Of a stretch of DNA of 64,000 nucleotides, positions 36,063 through 48,400 are shown one piece after another. Origin of the DNA: a virus (Duplodnaviria; Caudoviricetes); IMG/VR virus record IMGVR_UViG_3300027759_003166. One strand, written 5' to 3'. A program made the translations under genes and the position numbers. Under the pieces are notes generated by a model. That model searched no databases, was not told the origin of the DNA, and was given only the letters and a program-made list of their open reading frames with translations. Numbering within the stretch: position 1 is the first letter of the stretch; each line of letters opens with the position of its first letter.

Positions 36063-39000
36063 ATGATACCATCAACAAACACAAAATTACTAGTTAGCGA
36101 AGATTGGAAAAAGATTTATCAATCTTTTCGTAATGCTGACTTTACAAGCTACGACTTTGAAACACTACGTCGTACAATGATTTCTTATCTTCAGGAAAAA
36201 TATCCTGAAGAATTCAATGATTATATTGACAGCAGTGAATATATTGCCCTTATTGATGTTATTGCTTACCTTGGACAGAATTTAAGTTTCCGTATTGATT
36301 TAAATGCCCGTGAAAACTTTCTTGAAACTGCACAACGTAGAGATAGTATTCTACGTCTTGCACAATTGATTAGTTACAACCCTACCAGAAATGTTCCTGC
36401 TAGTGGTTTCTTAAAATTCACCGCTATATCTACTACTGATAGTGTTTATGATTCAAATGGTACAAATTTAGCAGATACTACAATTGGGTGGAATGATTCA
36501 ACAAACCCTGATTGGTATCAACAATTCATAAACATTATGAATTCTGCAATGCCTAGTAATTTTGGAAATCCTATTGATAGAAAAACCATAGATTCTATAA
36601 CTACAGAACAATATAAAATTTCTAGTTCAACACAAGATGTTCCAGTTTTTAGTTTTTCTAAAAATATAAATGGTACATCAATGAATTTTGAAGTAGTACC
36701 TGCAACATTTTCAGGCAAAGATTATGTCTACGAAGATACTCCAACACCTGCAAATCTTTTTAGTATCATTTATAAAAATGACAACCAGGGAAGCGGAAGT
36801 GCTAACACAGGATTCTTTGCACATTTCAAACAAGGTACAATAAATCTTTCAACATTTAGCATTGGTAATCCAGTAATTAATGAAATTATAGGAATCAATA
36901 CTCCTGACATTAATAATACAGATACTTGGTTATGGCAATTAGATAAGAATGGCAAGTATTCTAAATTATGGACCAGTGTTCCATCATTAGTTGGAAACAA
37001 TGTAATTTATAATAGTGTGAACAATGGCATCAGAACACTATATGCTATAAGTAGCCGTGACCGGGATCAGATAGATTTAAATTTTGCTGACGGTATATTT
37101 GGTGATTTACCAAAAGGAAACTTTACATTCTTTTATAGACAAAGCAATGGGTTAACTTATGTTATTAAACCTGAGCAAATGAGTGGGATTTCTGTAACCA
37201 TACCTTATTTTAATGCCGCAGGTCAAAGTCATTCGTTGACCATAACATTGAGTTTGCAATACACAGTTACTAATAGTGCTGGTGCAGAATCTAATGCTAG
37301 TATACAAACAAAAGCACCGCAAATATATTATACACAAAACAGAATGATTACTGGAGAAGATTATAATATTGCTCCTTTAAAAGCTGGCGCAGACATTTTA
37401 AAAATTAAGAGTGTTAACCGTGTATCGAGCGGTCTTAGTAAATATCTTGATTTATCAGATGTCACAGGCAAGTATAGCAACACTAATATTTTTGCCAACG
37501 ATGGTATTTTATACAAAGAAGAAACCAATAATATATTTGAGTTTGAATTTGCAAATAAAAATCAAGTAGTAGCTGTAATTAAAAATACATTGGCTCCAAT
37601 ACTGTTGTTGCCTGAATTAAGATCTTTCTATTTAAATTATTATTCAAGTATTGATTTATCTACATTTAGTCTATTGTGGAAAGAAGTAAATGTACTTGCA
37701 AATGAAAGCAGAGGATATTTTTATATTAACTCACAGGCTCAATCTGTTGGAGGATCTGGAGTATTAGGATATATTACCAATGGAGCAATGATTCAATTTG
37801 TGGCTCCATTTGGCAAGTATTTTGATAGCAATAATATACTAAAAATTACCCCAACTGCAGGAATACCAACCAACGGTCGTTCATATATTTGGGCCACTGT
37901 TAAACAAGTTATAGGTGATGGTTCATATTCTGGACAAGGCGCCTCATCTAACGGAACAGGACCTATAATTTTTTCAATTCGCGTTCCAGACGGATGCATT
38001 GCCTATACAGTCGTTCCTAAATTTAATAATATATTAAGTTATCCAATTGAAAGTGAAATTGCAAATATTTGCATAACAAAGAAAAATTTTGGATTAACCA
38101 TTGATGCAACTACACGTGAGTGGAGCATTATACTTAACTCTAATTTAAATCTTTCTGCAACATTTAGTTTGTTTAATCAAAACAATGCAGAAGAAGTTGG
38201 ATTAGATGCTAGTTGGTTGATTTCTTTTGTATGGACCGGGAAACAATATAAAGTAAATTATAGATCAGTAAATTATATATTTGAAAGTAATCAAGAAACT
38301 TCTTTCTTTGTTGATAATTCATCTGTTAATTACGATTTTACTACCAATAAAGTTATTAAAGATAAAATTAATATTCTCTCTATAAATTCTCTAGCAATAT
38401 CTTCAACTACAGGATTGGGTAACGATCATCCATGGCAAATTGATGGCGCTGTCATACAATCTGATGGATACGTTGAACCTAAAAAAGTAAAAGTTAGTTT
38501 CTATGATTATAACAATACGGGTCAGTTGTATGATCCTACGTCATTTAATACAATAGTAGGAACTCAATTTGTATATTTTGAAAAAACTGCTGGACAACCA
38601 GGATATAAATTAAGCAATGCCAATATAATTCCATTAGCTAATGAATTTGATTTTTCAATATATAAAAATACATATGGTGCAAACGATGGAGATTTATTTT
38701 ATTTTTACGATGTATCGTTGAATATAGTAAAATATTGGTCTTCAACATATCAAAAATTAATTTATACAGATCAATTCTTTGGTAGGAATGGACGTTCTGA
38801 TATTAAATTCCACTATCAACATAATAGCGGTCATGAAAGACGAATTGATCCTAGCAAATCAAATCTCATAGATATATATGTTTTGACAACTACCTATGAT
38901 AATGATATTAGAAATTGGTTATTAGGAAATCTAAGTACAGAACCATTACCTCCTACTAGTCAGGGATTAGAACAAAATTATATGGAAACATTATCACCTA

Positions 39001-39440
39001 TCAAAGCTATTAGTGATGAGATAGTGTTTCACCCAGTAAAATATAAAGTATTATTTGGATCTGATGCAGTATCTAATTTACAAGCAAAATTTAAAGCAGT
39101 TAAAAACCCTGATAGAATTACAACAGACAATGATTTAAAAACAAGAATACTTTCTGCAATTAATGATTTCTTTGCATTAGAAAACTGGGAGTTTGGTCAG
39201 AGTTTTCACTTTGGTGAATTATCTACCTATGTAATGAATATGCTCACTCCTGATATTACAAACTTTATTATTGTTCCTATCACAGATACAAGTGCATTTG
39301 GAAGTTTGTACGAAGTTACATGTTTATCAAATGAATTATTCATCAGCAGTGCAAAAATTAAAGATATTGAAATTATTGATGCAATTACAGCAACGCAATT
39401 ACGATCATCATCGTCTATTATAACAACAAGTGGATCTTAA
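36063..39440 (+). CDS. gp6: Baseplate wedge subunit gp6-like
   Basis: DFETLR, LNARENFLETAQRRDSILRLAQLISYNP, QNRMITGEDY. Confidence 0.88.
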   Translation: MIPSTNTKLLVSEDWKKIYQSFRNADFTSYDFETLRRTMISYLQEKYPEEFNDYIDSSEYIALIDVIAYLGQNLSFRIDLNARENFLETAQRRDSILRLAQLISYNPTRNVPASGFLKFTAISTTDSVYDSNGTNLADTTIGWNDSTNPDWYQQFINIMNSAMPSNFGNPIDRKTIDSITTEQYKISSSTQDVPVFSFSKNINGTSMNFEVVPATFSGKDYVYEDTPTPANLFSIIYKNDNQGSGSANTGFFAHFKQGTINLSTFSIGNPVINEIIGINTPDINNTDTWLWQLDKNGKYSKLWTSVPSLVGNNVIYNSVNNGIRTLYAISSRDRDQIDLNFADGIFGDLPKGNFTFFYRQSNGLTYVIKPEQMSGISVTIPYFNAAGQSHSLTITLSLQYTVTNSAGAESNASIQTKAPQIYYTQNRMITGEDYNIAPLKAGADILKIKSVNRVSSGLSKYLDLSDVTGKYSNTNIFANDGILYKEETNNIFEFEFANKNQVVAVIKNTLAPILLLPELRSFYLNYYSSIDLSTFSLLWKEVNVLANESRGYFYINSQAQSVGGSGVLGYITNGAMIQFVAPFGKYFDSNNILKITPTAGIPTNGRSYIWATVKQVIGDGSYSGQGASSNGTGPIIFSIRVPDGCIAYTVVPKFNNILSYPIESEIANICITKKNFGLTIDATTREWSIILNSNLNLSATFSLFNQNNAEEVGLDASWLISFVWTGKQYKVNYRSVNYIFESNQETSFFVDNSSVNYDFTTNKVIKDKINILSINSLAISSTTGLGNDHPWQIDGAVIQSDGYVEPKKVKVSFYDYNNTGQLYDPTSFNTIVGTQFVYFEKTAGQPGYKLSNANIIPLANEFDFSIYKNTYGANDGDLFYFYDVSLNIVKYWSSTYQKLIYTDQFFGRNGRSDIKFHYQHNSGHERRIDPSKSNLIDIYVLTTTYDNDIRNWLLGNLSTEPLPPTSQGLEQNYMETLSPIKAISDEIVFHPVKYKVLFGSDAVSNLQAKFKAVKNPDRITTDNDLKTRILSAINDFFALENWEFGQSFHFGELSTYVMNMLTPDITNFIIVPITDTSAFGSLYEVTCLSNELFISSAKIKDIEIIDAITATQLRSSSSIITTSGS

Positions 39441-39441
39441 A

Positions 39442-42400
39442 ATGGCAGATAACAAAAAATCAGTTAACCTGTTACCGGAGTATTTACAATCGGTTAAAAA
39501 TTCAAAATTTTTATCAGGTACAATTGATCCATTAATTCAAACCCCACAAATAGAACGTATTGACGGGTTTGTTGGATCAAAAATATCACCTAATTATAAT
39601 ATTAAAACTGATTATTATATTAATGAAGATTCTAGTCTTCGTACAAATTATTCTCTTGAACCTGCACTTATATTAAAAGATCAATCTTCAAAAATTACTG
39701 ATGCAATTGCATTCGATGATTTAATTAATGAAATAAAAATTCAAGGTGGTAACACTGATAATCTTGATCTTTTATTTAGATCAAAGTTTTATTCATACGA
39801 TCCTTATATTGACTGGGATAAGTTAGTAAATTATACACATTATCATTGGTTACCAAATGGTCCAGATTCTATATTGGTAGATGATCTTAAAGCAAATATA
39901 GAAAGCACATCCACATATACAATTCTAAATAATTATTCATTAAGTAACGGAATGAAATTAAAATTGTCATCTGATAATAAAGAATATTATGTTGAAGGTG
40001 TTGGCACAAGTATTAAATTAATTGAAGTAACTTTATTAAATGTAGATGAGCTAGTAGATACAATTTATAATGAAAAATTTGACAGCGACGCATTTGATAA
40101 TTATCCATTTGATGGAGATAAAAAACTACCATTAACTGCGGAATATACTACAATTAATAGAGCTAGTATTGATTCAAATCCGTGGAGTCGTTACAATCGT
40201 TGGTTCCATTTGGAGATAATAAGAATTACCGCAGAGATTAACAAAAGTGATTTTTTGTTATCACTTGATTCTCGTGCAAAACGACCTATTATAGAATTTA
40301 AACCTGATATACAATTATATAATTTTGGTAATATTGGAATTGGAAAAATAGATTTAATCGACGATAATACGCTTGATGCATTTGGTAGTGTTGACGGAAC
40401 ACTTGGTTATTATGTTGATGGCATACTACTTGCACAAGGTAATACTGTAATTTTCAATGCTGATGTTAATGACGATGTTAGAGGAAAAATCTATATTGTA
40501 GACTTTGATTTTAGTACAAATCCTCCCACGTTACAATTAGTAGAATCAATTAATCCTGTAGAGTTAAACTCTATTGTAATAAATTCTGGTAACACATATT
40601 TAGGAACGTCTTGGTATTATAATGCCAATTCTCATACATGGATATATGCTCAACAGCATACTAAAATAAATCAAGCCCCGTTGTTTGACCTTTACAATCA
40701 CGCCCACCAGAGTTACGGAAATACATCTACATATTATAATTCTAATTTTGTTGGATGTAAAATATTTGGATATGATATAGGTACAGGAACAGCAGATTCT
40801 GTATTAGGTTTCCCATTGAAATATCAGAATAGTGTTGGTGTAGGTAGCTATCTGTTTAAGAATTATTTCATGACTGATAGTATCATTGTTACTAATTCTC
40901 CTAATGTTATAAGTTCGACAATTAGTACAGGTATTACTTATTTTAAAGTTAGTGACAATTATGTTAATGTATGGCAACCATCAGTGGAATACCATACTCC
41001 AATTATAGAAATACAAGAAATTGTAAATGCTACTAATACTACTACAATTCAATCAGTTAAAGAATTTACCAATGTTTCAATATTAGTAAATTCAAAATTA
41101 ACAACTGCTACTATATCAGGTTTAAATCTTACGTTCAATAACACATTAAACGTTAATGATGTAGTTTCTTTGTCAATTACATCTAATAATATTCCTAATT
41201 CAAATGGATTCTATGAAGCACCTATTGGATTAACACACAATCCTTTAAATGGTCCAATTTCAGATATGACGTTAAGCGAACTTAGCGATCATCTGGCCAC
41301 TATGATTAACCGTATACCTGAATTTTCAGGAGACTTTCCAGGAATTAATAATTTAAGAGATTTATCTGGATATTCAAAATACGGAACACGTTTGATTGTA
41401 AATTCAAACCCTATTGCTTTTGCAAAAATGTTTTTAGGTAAAAAAGAACATAATTTAGTTGATGCAATACGATATGCCGGTGATCAATATAATCAATTTA
41501 AAATGTATCTATTGAAATCTATTACAAATATTGATTATCAATTATCTCCCGCAGATGCCCTTGATAAAGTTTTAATTAATATTAATAATAATAAAGATGC
41601 CCGTGCTCCTTATTATAGATCTGATATGTTAGGGTACGGCTCTAATAAAATAGTAAAATCATATATTGTTTCAAATATTAATATTGACACATATCCAATT
41701 GGTGTAGACTTTAATCTTTCAACATTAAGTTTTAAATCTGTTTTAGTATATATTGGTAACGAACAATTAATATATGGAAAAGATTACGATATAACAATGG
41801 ATGAAATAGTATTTCATCAAAGTTTAAATATCAATGATGTTATTAATATACATTATTATCCAGACACGCAGGGTTCATTTATACCACCTACTCCAAGTAA
41901 ATTAGGTTTATATCCAACATATGCACCTATTATGTATAGTGATGACTCTTATAGAATTGATTCAAGTATTTTAGTTATAAGAGGGCATGATGGTAGCATT
42001 ATGCCAGCATACAATGATTATAGAGATGCTATTATACTTGAATATGAAAAACGTGTTTTTAATAATATTAAAGTAGAATATGATGCCAAGGTGTTTGATG
42101 TTAATGCCGCATTGCCTGGTATATTTAGAAATGATAGATATTCTTTAATAGATGTAAGTTTAGAAATTCCATCAATACTAAGAAACGATGCTGCGACAAA
42201 ACTATTAACCAAAGATTTTATTAAATGGACAGGTATCTATAATATAGATGCATCAACTAATAATGTGTTTGATGAAGGTGATCCATTTACTTGGAATTAT
42301 AAAAATAGTTACAATACATTAACAAATACAATGCTGTCGGGTTATTGGAGAAGTATATACAAAGACTTCTTTGACACAGATAGACCTGATATACATCCGT

Positions 42401-45400
42401 GGGAAATGCTAGGTCATGCAAGTAAACCTACATGGTGGGATGACAACTATAATTGGATAAACCCCACAAAACGAGCTGCACTAATAAATGCAGTTGAATT
42501 AGGAATTGTTAATCCAACTACCACTGAACCGCTTATTGATAATAATTATGCTCGTCCAGGATTTGACTCTATTGTTCCAGTTGATACATCGGGTATGTTA
42601 TTGCCACCTTCTGAATTTTTAGCATCTGAAAACAGTTACAATGACAAAATAGCTGATTGGAAATTTGGAGATCAAGGTCCTGCAGAAACCGCCTGGAGAA
42701 AAAGTAGCTATTGGCCATTTGCATTAAATGCAGCAGCCGCACTACTAGATCCTTGTGGTTATTCATCCTCAATGTTTGATACAAGTAGAACGTCCTTGAA
42801 TAGTAATACAAGTCAATTAACTTATTTAGAAGATGATTTATATTTAAATCCTAATAAGATGGTATTAGAAGGACAATCTAATGCACAAACAGCAGGGTAT
42901 GGTGTATATGTAGTTGAGGTGGGATTACAGAAAGATCTGCATTATCTTGATAAACTTCAAGACGATTTAACTTATATTAATTTTAATTTATTTCATAAGT
43001 TAGGAGGATTTGTCAGCAAAGATAAATTACAGATTGTAATTGATTCTATTGATCCAATATCTCAAGCTCCTGGTGCAATACTTCCTCCAGAAGATTACAC
43101 ACTGCTATTGAATACCAGTAATCCTATTAAATCTTCTAGTATATCTGGAGTAATAATTCAAAAATCTAATGGTAATTTTGTAATCAAGGGTTACGATAAA
43201 GTTAATCCATATTTTGAAATATTATCACCTATTAAAACATTAGCAGGAGTAACATTAACTGTTGGCGGAAAATCTGAAGTATTTACAGAGTGGACAGGGG
43301 TGTCAGGGTCCTCTGGTCTTGGTGCAATTGATACTACTGCACCTGGCAATTCAGTTACTACACATTATTATAAGCAAGGACAAATTGTAAGTTATAATGG
43401 AAAATATTATAGAGTTAAAATTGGGCATACAACACAGTCCACATTTGATCCTGCATTATTTTATCAGTTACCATCGTTGCCTATGGTAGGCGGATCATCT
43501 GTGGTACGGTCGTCAAAGTTTGAAAATCAAGTAACTAAGATTCCTTACGGTACTAATTTTTCTACTATACAAGAAGTATACGACATGTTATTGGGATATG
43601 GTGCATATCTAGAAAAGCAAGGATTTATATTTGATGAGTATAATTCTGATCTAGGAGAAATAGTTGATTGGAATTTTACTGGCAAGGAGTTTCTATATTG
43701 GACCACTCAAAATTGGGCCGATGGAAATTTAATTACACTAAGTCCGTTTTCTGATTATTTAAAATATTCATTTACTGATTCTGTGGTTGATAATATATCA
43801 ACAGGCAAGTATGAATATAGTTTGTTAAAGGCTGACGGAAAATCATTTCCAATTAATAAATTTACTCTTTCTCGAGAAGATGGTGTATGTACCGTTAAAA
43901 CAATTGATACACTTGACGGTATATTCTTTGCCACATTAAATTCTGTACAAAAAGAACATGGAATGGTTATTAAGAATAAGACAATTTTTAATGATACCAT
44001 TTATGATATTGAAACAGGTTATAAACAACGTCGAATCAAATTATCAGGTTTTAGAACTTTAGGGTGGAATGGAGATCTATCTAGCCCTGGGTTTATATAT
44101 GATAATGTTGATATTACAGATTGGATCGCCAATGGTAAATATCTTCCAGGAAATGTTGTAAGATATAATGGGTCTTATTACGAAGCAGACGCAAAAATTA
44201 TAAATGATTCTAAATTTGATTTTACAAAATGGATAAAATTAAATAAAAAACCTGAATCTAATTTATTAACTAATTTTGATTATAAAATTAATCAATTTGA
44301 AGATTTTTATAGTTTAGACATTGATAATTTTGATGCCACACAACAACAATTGGCACAACATCTTATTGGCTATACTCCAAGAACGTTTTTAAATAACATC
44401 TTTACAAATAATATTAGTCAGTATAAATTCTATCAAGGATTTATTAAAGAAAAAGGTACCAAGAACGCAATTGATAAAATATCCAAAGTTGGAAAATTTG
44501 CACGTCAAGGCGACATCACGTTCAACGAAGAATGGGCATTTCGATTAGGAAGTTACGGCAGCTTTGGAACATATAACGAATTAGAATTTACTCTTGATGA
44601 AGGGAGTTCTTCAGAAAACCCATTTGTAATTAAATTTGCAGATAGTAAAGATACCAATCCGTTAATTAATTATATATTACCATCCAATTTATTAATATCA
44701 CCAGACACTTACATACCGTCATCAACATTTACTATATATCCTAGTACGTTTTCAGATAGTAATATAAAATTACCCACAGCTGGATATGTAAGATCCGACG
44801 ACGTCACTGCTACTGCCTATAACAAAAACAGTTTATTAGATATTGCTAATAATTCTTTAATACAAGAAGGAAATACATTTTGGTTAGGATTTTTAGATAA
44901 CGGTGATTGGAATGTTTATCGATATACTGAAATGACTGCAAGGATTGCTGGTGTATTTGTAAGCTCACCAGCAGTTAGTATTACATTTACTACAGATATA
45001 AATCATAATTTATCCGTAGGCGATATTGTATCTATAGTTAATTTTAACAATCAAGTTAATGGTATACATATCATCACAGATATTTCCAGGCTAGATCAAT
45101 TTACAGTATCATCTGATTTAACCACAATTATCAATTCTGATTTATTAACCAATGGGTTATTATTTAAATTTGAAAAAGCTAGATATAATAATTTTGCAGA
45201 ATTATCTGACAATGCAGTGTTATCAACTTTAAAAAATGGAGAGAAAATTTGGGTCGATAACGGAAGCAACGGTAAATGGCAAGTATATGAAAAAATACAA
45301 AATTATACCACAGGGTTTGTTGAGGCTGCAACTACTTCTGTAACAGCTCAAAGATTAGGCGAGTCTATATTTACTCTTGAGAATAGTAGTATTTTATTAA

Positions 45401-48400
45401 TGTCTGCGCCCGGCAAATTTACCAATGCTCCTATATATGGAAATGTTGGCGTATATTTAAAAAATAATAATCAACTAATAAAACAATTTGATTATACATT
45501 AAACAACCATTCTAAAATTTATTGTCAAACTGATTCTGAAAATGATTTTGGATTGTCTTTATCAATTGATGTCAACAAGGGATTATTGTTTGCAGGTGCA
45601 CCTGCTGCAAGTAATATTGTAATCCCAAGTGCAAACACCAATACAACAGGTATTGCAATTTTCAGTGACGGCTCTGGTATAACAAAAACATTTGCACAAG
45701 AAGGTATTGTAAAAATTAGCAGTACTAATAAAAACTTTATTCAAGAGACTACTGAAAAAGTTTTAGTACATCCTTATGCTACTACTTCTACAACTGCTGC
45801 CTATTCAAGATTTGGCCATTCAATATATAATAGTCAACCTAGTTCAAATACAAGTACACTTTTATTAGTAGGAGCACCTGGTAGTATTAATAGTGATAAT
45901 ACATATACTGGAAGAGTATATGCCTATAATGTATTAAGAGAACAATATTATAATGCAACTAAAGCCCAAGTAATATATGCACTTGCTGCTAGTTCATTGG
46001 CTCCTTTATTTTATGGAGAAGTAACTATCACAAATTGGATGGTTGCAGGCATTGATCAACTTGAGCAGTTTTATTATGAATATAGATTAGTAAATCCAGT
46101 AGACGCAGCAGCGTGGGATGCAGATAGAGCAGCAGATAACGTTGGAATTAAAAATACAAGAATAGAAGTTATTGCTGCATATCAAAATAATATATTGGCA
46201 GAATTATATCCAAGCGAAGACAACATTAGATATTGGATGATTAATGGGATTGGACCAGATAGTAGAATTTTTAATGAGTCAGTAATAGCTTATCGAAGTA
46301 CACATCCTACAGATGCAGACAGAATTGATTCAGAAAGAGTTGCGGCAGAAAATTCAAATATACCAGCTACCAAGATTTCTGGACACCCTTCAGGTATAAC
46401 TCTTAAATCTGTTGTTTCTTTAAATGCAGGTAGTCAGTTTGGACATAGCATATCTGGAGATTCTAACGGTAGTATAATAGCTGTTGGTGCTCCTTATTAT
46501 ATTAATACAATAAGCAATACAACTGGTGTTATACAACTTTATGACAAAAATCTTCATTGGTTTCAAAGTATACCATCGCCGTTTATAGGACATGAAGCAT
46601 TTGGTGAAAATGTTGTAATATCTTCCGATGGGACGTATCTTGTAGCATCATCTCCTGAGATAAGAGGAACTACTAATGGTACAAAAGGAAGAGTGGCAAT
46701 TTATAGATTATCTGGAACAGGTATCAGAATACAGGCAAGTCGTGCATCAGTAATACTTGCTTATGCTTCAAATTTACTTGCTCCATTGTACCCTAGTGAG
46801 TTAGATATACATATATGGACAGTAGTAGGTCTTGATAGTTTTGATTCTACAATTGATAGCAATAGGGCAGCTAGCCCTGCTGCTGCCGCAGCAATAGATA
46901 AAGAAAGAGCAGCCGATTCTCTTGGAATGTTGGCATCTAGAGCTGACGTTATTATTGCATATCAAACTAATGTTGAGGCTCCTTTATATCCTACGGAAGC
47001 TGAAATAAGATATTGGATGGCAACAGGGTTAGGTACAGGAACAAATGGATTTGCCGCAGAAATTACTTATAATAATTCAACAAATCCCTCAGCTTATGCA
47101 GCAAATCTTGCTCAGAGAATAACCCTTGCTACACCATCGCCATATCTATCAACACGTTTTGAAGTAATAAATGCTTATGCTTCAAATTTACGTGCCGAAG
47201 TAAATCCTAGTAACGGTGATATCTTATCCTGGATGACGTCCGGTCTTGGAACAAATAATATTACTTTCAATACTGATGTAGAATCTCGAAGAACTTCTAA
47301 TCCATCATTGGCTACCTCTATTGATGCAGCGAGAGCTGCGGATGCAGTAGGCACAAGTGGAGCACCAATAAGGTCTAGCAGAGCAGCAGTAATAGCTGCT
47401 TATCAAGGTAATCTTGATGCTAATCCGTATCCAACTGAGCAAGAAATAAGATATTGGATGTCAGTAGGACTAGGATATTTGGTTGCAACAAACAATCCAT
47501 TGGGTGCATTCAACGCTGCTGTAACACGTGATAACGCACTTTATCCTGACATATATCTATCATGGCTTCAAGCTCGCGCTGCGGATTATCCAAAAGCATC
47601 TAGAGGACAAGTAATATTAGCCTATGCATCAAATTTATTAACTGAATTATATCCTAATGAAACAGCAATAAATTATTGGATGGTCCAAGGACTTACTAAT
47701 TTTGATAGTTCAAATAATACAAACAGAGCCAATGATCCGGCATTGGCTGCTGCTATTGATATGGCCAGGGCAGCAGATGCAATTAACATAAAATCATCAA
47801 GAGCTGCTGTTATTTCTGCATATCAAACAAACGTGGATGCTCCTTTCTATCCTACAGAGAAACAAATAAGACGTTGGATGATTGCCGGACTAGATAGTAG
47901 TAGTTTTACAATTTTTAATGAAACAATTACTGCTAATAATTTAAGTAATCCTACCAATGCTGCAATATATCGTAATCAACGATTAGAAGCATTGCCGTCT
48001 GTGGATTTTACATATGATCTTTATCAGGTTATTGACAATCCATTAAAAAATAATGATTTAAAATTTGGTAAATCTATAGCCATTAGTGACAATAGTAACA
48101 AATTAGCCATAGGTGCAGTAGGCGTTAATGGTCCTATTCCATTAAAATTTGATATAAATTTTAAAGATGGTGAAACTACTTTTGATCAAGGTACTACTAA
48201 CTTTAGTTCGTTTGCAGAAGATTCCGGAACTGTATTTCTTTACTATAATATAGATGGATCGTTTGTTCAATCAGAAAATATTACAGACCCTTCACCGATA
48301 GCCGGGGATAAATTTGGTTATTCTGTGGCTGTTACTAACAATAATACATTTGTAGGGGCTCCATCAATATCAGGAGTTTCAAAGTTTTATCAGTTTAATA

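Noticed and set aside
14972-39441. Longer N-terminal starts given by the track (15997, 24114, 39430)
   Set aside because: Downstream ATGs at 15964 and 24087 have good SD spacing, and ATG 39442 follows the gp6 stop directly; the extensions overlap regulatory or neighbouring sequence.
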